This document shows, piece by piece, positions 30,191 through 32,000 of a stretch of 32,000 nt of DNA. The stretch is from Candidatus Saccharimonadota bacterium (GTDB lineage Bacteria; Pseudomonadota; Gammaproteobacteria; Enterobacterales; Enterobacteriaceae). The translations under genes and the position numbers were made by a program. Within the stretch, counting starts at the first letter, position 1; each line of letters begins with the position of its first letter. The notes beneath the pieces were generated by a model. It did not search any database, had not been told where the DNA came from, and saw only the letters and a list, made by a program, of their open reading frames with translations. The DNA lies in assembly GCF_014857065.1 (NCBI RefSeq), contig NZ_CP046533.1, positions 180,001 through 212,000 of the forward strand. The letters run 5' to 3'.

Positions 30191-30535
30191 ATGTCTTTAC
30201 AACCGATAGAAATTCAGCTCTGTGGACGCACATTAAAAGTTAATTGTCCTATTCATCAAAAAGTTGCTTTATCTAAAGCCGTTGATAATATCAACAATCG
30301 TCTGAATACCCTTAAAGAACGCAGCAAAGTAACTAATACTGAACATTTAGCATTTATCACAGCATTAAACATATGCTATGAACTAGAAGAAGAAAAAAAT
30401 AAAACAAAAGCTTATGCTAATAACATGGAAAAACATATTCGTTTGCTTCAAAAAACAATAGAACAATTGTTAATTGAACACCATTCCATAACTGAACAAA
30501 CCAACACATTTGATTTAAATAACAATATAGTATAA
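30191..30535 (+). CDS. zapA: Cell division protein ZapA
   Basis: 114 aa. [20 protein letters not shown] compares with E. coli [20 protein letters not shown]. Also [25 protein letters not shown] (E. coli [25 protein letters not shown]) and [12 protein letters not shown] lies 7-8 nt upstream of the ATG. It is divergent from the ubiH operon as in E. coli. Confidence 0.93.
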   Translation: MSLQPIEIQLCGRTLKVNCPIHQKVALSKAVDNINNRLNTLKERSKVTNTEHLAFITALNICYELEEEKNKTKAYANNMEKHIRLLQKTIEQLLIEHHSITEQTNTFDLNNNIV

Positions 30536-30722
30536 ATCTCTTGCATAGTTCAATTATTAACCATTTAATCATTTTAATTCTATAGACTAAATAATTTTAA
30601 TAATTATTTTAAATTATATTAATTTTAATTTATTTGAATATATATAAAATATTCAACCAAACTAAATACCTGATTTTAAATTCTTCTACGATAAAAACGA
30701 AAAAAGAATCAATTCAAATAAA

Positions 30723-31331
30723 ATGGAAATTTATTTTATGAATAAACAGCTAATACGTAAAATTCTAAGGAAAAAATTTCGTAATTTAAGAAAAAAACAA
30801 ACATTGCAACAACAATGCATGGCGGAGCAAAAAATAATAAAATATATTATAAATGACCCTTATATTAAGAAAATAAAAAAAATTGCATTATTTATTTCTT
30901 TCGATGGTGAGATACAAACAAGATTGCTAATTAAAAAGTTGCTACAAAAGAATAAAGAAATATATTTACCAATAATTCAATACTCAAAAATATCTAAATA
31001 TTTAATTTTTTCTAAATATACATACTCTACACCATTATTAATTAATAAATTTCATATACAAGAACCAGAATGGGATATCAATACACTAATTCCAGTAGAA
31101 GAAATCGATATTTTATTTATACCATTAGTAGCATTTGATAAATGTGGCAATAGGTTAGGTACAGGGGGCGGTTTTTATGATAGAATACTAGCACATTGGT
31201 TTCATAAACAAAAATTTCTTCCTATAGGCTTAGCTTATGATTGTCAATTAAGCAAAAAAAACATACCCATAGAACCATGGGATGTTTCCTTGCCAGAGAT
31301 TATTACACCATCACGTCATTGGATATGGTAA
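30723..31331 (+). CDS. ygfA: 5-formyltetrahydrofolate cyclo-ligase family protein
   Basis: IALFISFDGEIQT (E. coli VAVFLSFDGELDT), IYLPI, FIPLVAFDKCGNRLGTGGGFYDR (E. coli [23 protein letters not shown]), and PWDVSLPEIITPS (E. coli EWDIPLPAVVTPS). By length comparison the start is more likely the second ATG at 30738 (MNKQLIRK...) than 30723. Confidence 0.9.
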   Translation: MEIYFMNKQLIRKILRKKFRNLRKKQTLQQQCMAEQKIIKYIINDPYIKKIKKIALFISFDGEIQTRLLIKKLLQKNKEIYLPIIQYSKISKYLIFSKYTYSTPLLINKFHIQEPEWDINTLIPVEEIDILFIPLVAFDKCGNRLGTGGGFYDRILAHWFHKQKFLPIGLAYDCQLSKKNIPIEPWDVSLPEIITPSRHWIW

Positions 31332-31480
31332 GCTTAGTCTCTAACTTATTAAGCGCATAAATAAAATTTTTAAATGAATTAAATCAACTTTTCACTTATA
31401 ACAAAATATTTAAAAATTATAGTAATAAAACTATCATCAAATTAAATCGCATTTTAAAATAATAAACACAATATAAGATT

Positions 31481-32000
31481 TCATTCAATTATTTGTACTC
31501 CTTGTTCACTACCAACTAATACAACATCTGCGCCACGACGTGCAAACATTCCCACCGTTACTACTCCAGGAATATTATTAATTTTCTCTTCCAATGAAAC
31601 AGCATCAAAAATTTTTAAATTATAAACATCTAATATATTATTACCATTATCTGTTACTGTACCACAACGATATTTAGGTTGACCACCCAAACATCTTAAC
31701 TCACGAGATACCAAAGAACGACCCATCGGAATAACTTCTACTGGTAATGGAAATTTCTTACCTAAAATATCCACTTGCTTTCTTATATCTATAATACAAA
31801 CAAATTTACGCGCTACAGCGGCAATTATTTTTTCTCTAGTTAAAGCCCCACCACCACCTTTAATCATCTGCATATGTCTATTAATCTCGTCAGCACTATC
31901 TACATAAACATCCAATGAATCTATGTCATTTAAATCAAATAAAGGAATTCCTAATTGCTTTAATTTAATTGACGAAAAATCAGAACTAGAAATTGCTCCT
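31481..32000 (-). CDS. rpiA: Ribose-5-phosphate isomerase A, partial (N-terminus beyond the right edge)
   Basis: The track ORF begins at an internal TTG, but the frame stays open to position 32000. The reverse complement of 31916-31999 reads [28 protein letters not shown], compared with E. coli [28 protein letters not shown]. Downstream motifs are [27 protein letters not shown] and [17 protein letters not shown]. Confidence 0.94.
   Translation of the reverse strand, partial: GAISSSDFSSIKLKQLGIPLFDLNDIDSLDVYVDSADEINRHMQMIKGGGGALTREKIIAAVARKFVCIIDIRKQVDILGKKFPLPVEVIPMGRSLVSRELRCLGGQPKYRCGTVTDNGNNILDVYNLKIFDAVSLEEKINNIPGVVTVGMFARRGADVVLVGSEQGVQIIE

Noticed and set aside
30036-30233. 65-aa minus-strand ORF in the ubiH-zapA spacer
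   Set aside because: Its start overlaps the zapA start codon region in antisense. The product is I/Y/F-rich and low-complexity, with no SD and no resemblance to YgfB or PepP, which occupy this slot in E. coli.
1-32000. Scan for CRISPR repeats, IS or transposase genes, integrases, phage genes, toxin-antitoxin pairs, restriction-modification or other defence loci, and long direct or inverted repeats
   Set aside because: None was seen. Every ORF above about 100 aa that is not a shadow ORF is a recognisable housekeeping gene in E. coli-like order. The intergenic regions contain only A/T low-complexity sequence and short hairpins. I do not think this window holds a novel multi-gene system.

Overview
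This is a gene-dense, strongly A/T-rich window (about a quarter to 30% G+C by eye). It looks like a reduced-genome enterobacterial insect endosymbiont; Blochmannia-like is my unverified guess. It consists of two blocks, each collinear with E. coli in gene order and strand, joined at about 19.9-20.6 kb. Block 1 (1-19890) is dnaE(partial)-rnhB-lpxB-lpxA-fabZ-lpxD-skp-bamA-rseP-cdsA-uppS-dxr-frr-pyrH-tsf-rpsB on the minus strand, then map-dapD on the plus strand; glnD is missing between map and dapD. Block 2 (19891-32000) is [thyA relic]-lgt-lysA-lysS-prfB (minus), ygfZ (plus), ubiI-like and ubiH (minus), zapA-ygfA (plus), rpiA (minus, partial). Many E. coli genes are missing between these neighbours (lysR, recJ-dsbC-xerD-fldB-ygfX-sdhE, pepP-ygfB, serA). 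I support 28 CDS, one probable pseudogene relic and one recoding site. I found no rRNA, tRNA, CRISPR array, mobile element, toxin or defence genes, and no convincing novel multi-gene system; this is ordinary housekeeping DNA undergoing reductive evolution. The items worth a second look are: (1) prfB keeps its programmed +1 frameshift but uses UUC UGA C instead of the canonical CUU UGA C; (2) the 666-bp spacer downstream of lgt carries collinear traces of thyA, including an in-frame Ala-Pro-Cys at about the expected position; (3) the ubiI/visC-like ORF is intact but has lost key residues of two FAD-binding fingerprints, while the adjacent ubiH keeps them; (4) the zapA-ygfA spacer is the conserved ssrS (6S RNA) locus and may hold a degenerate 6S RNA. 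Several ORF-track starts are over-extended to upstream TTG/GTG codons (lgt, lysA, lysS, rpsB). All 11 other track ORFs not annotated as genes are treated as non-genes: 10 are antisense shadow ORFs and one is an intergenic ORF.
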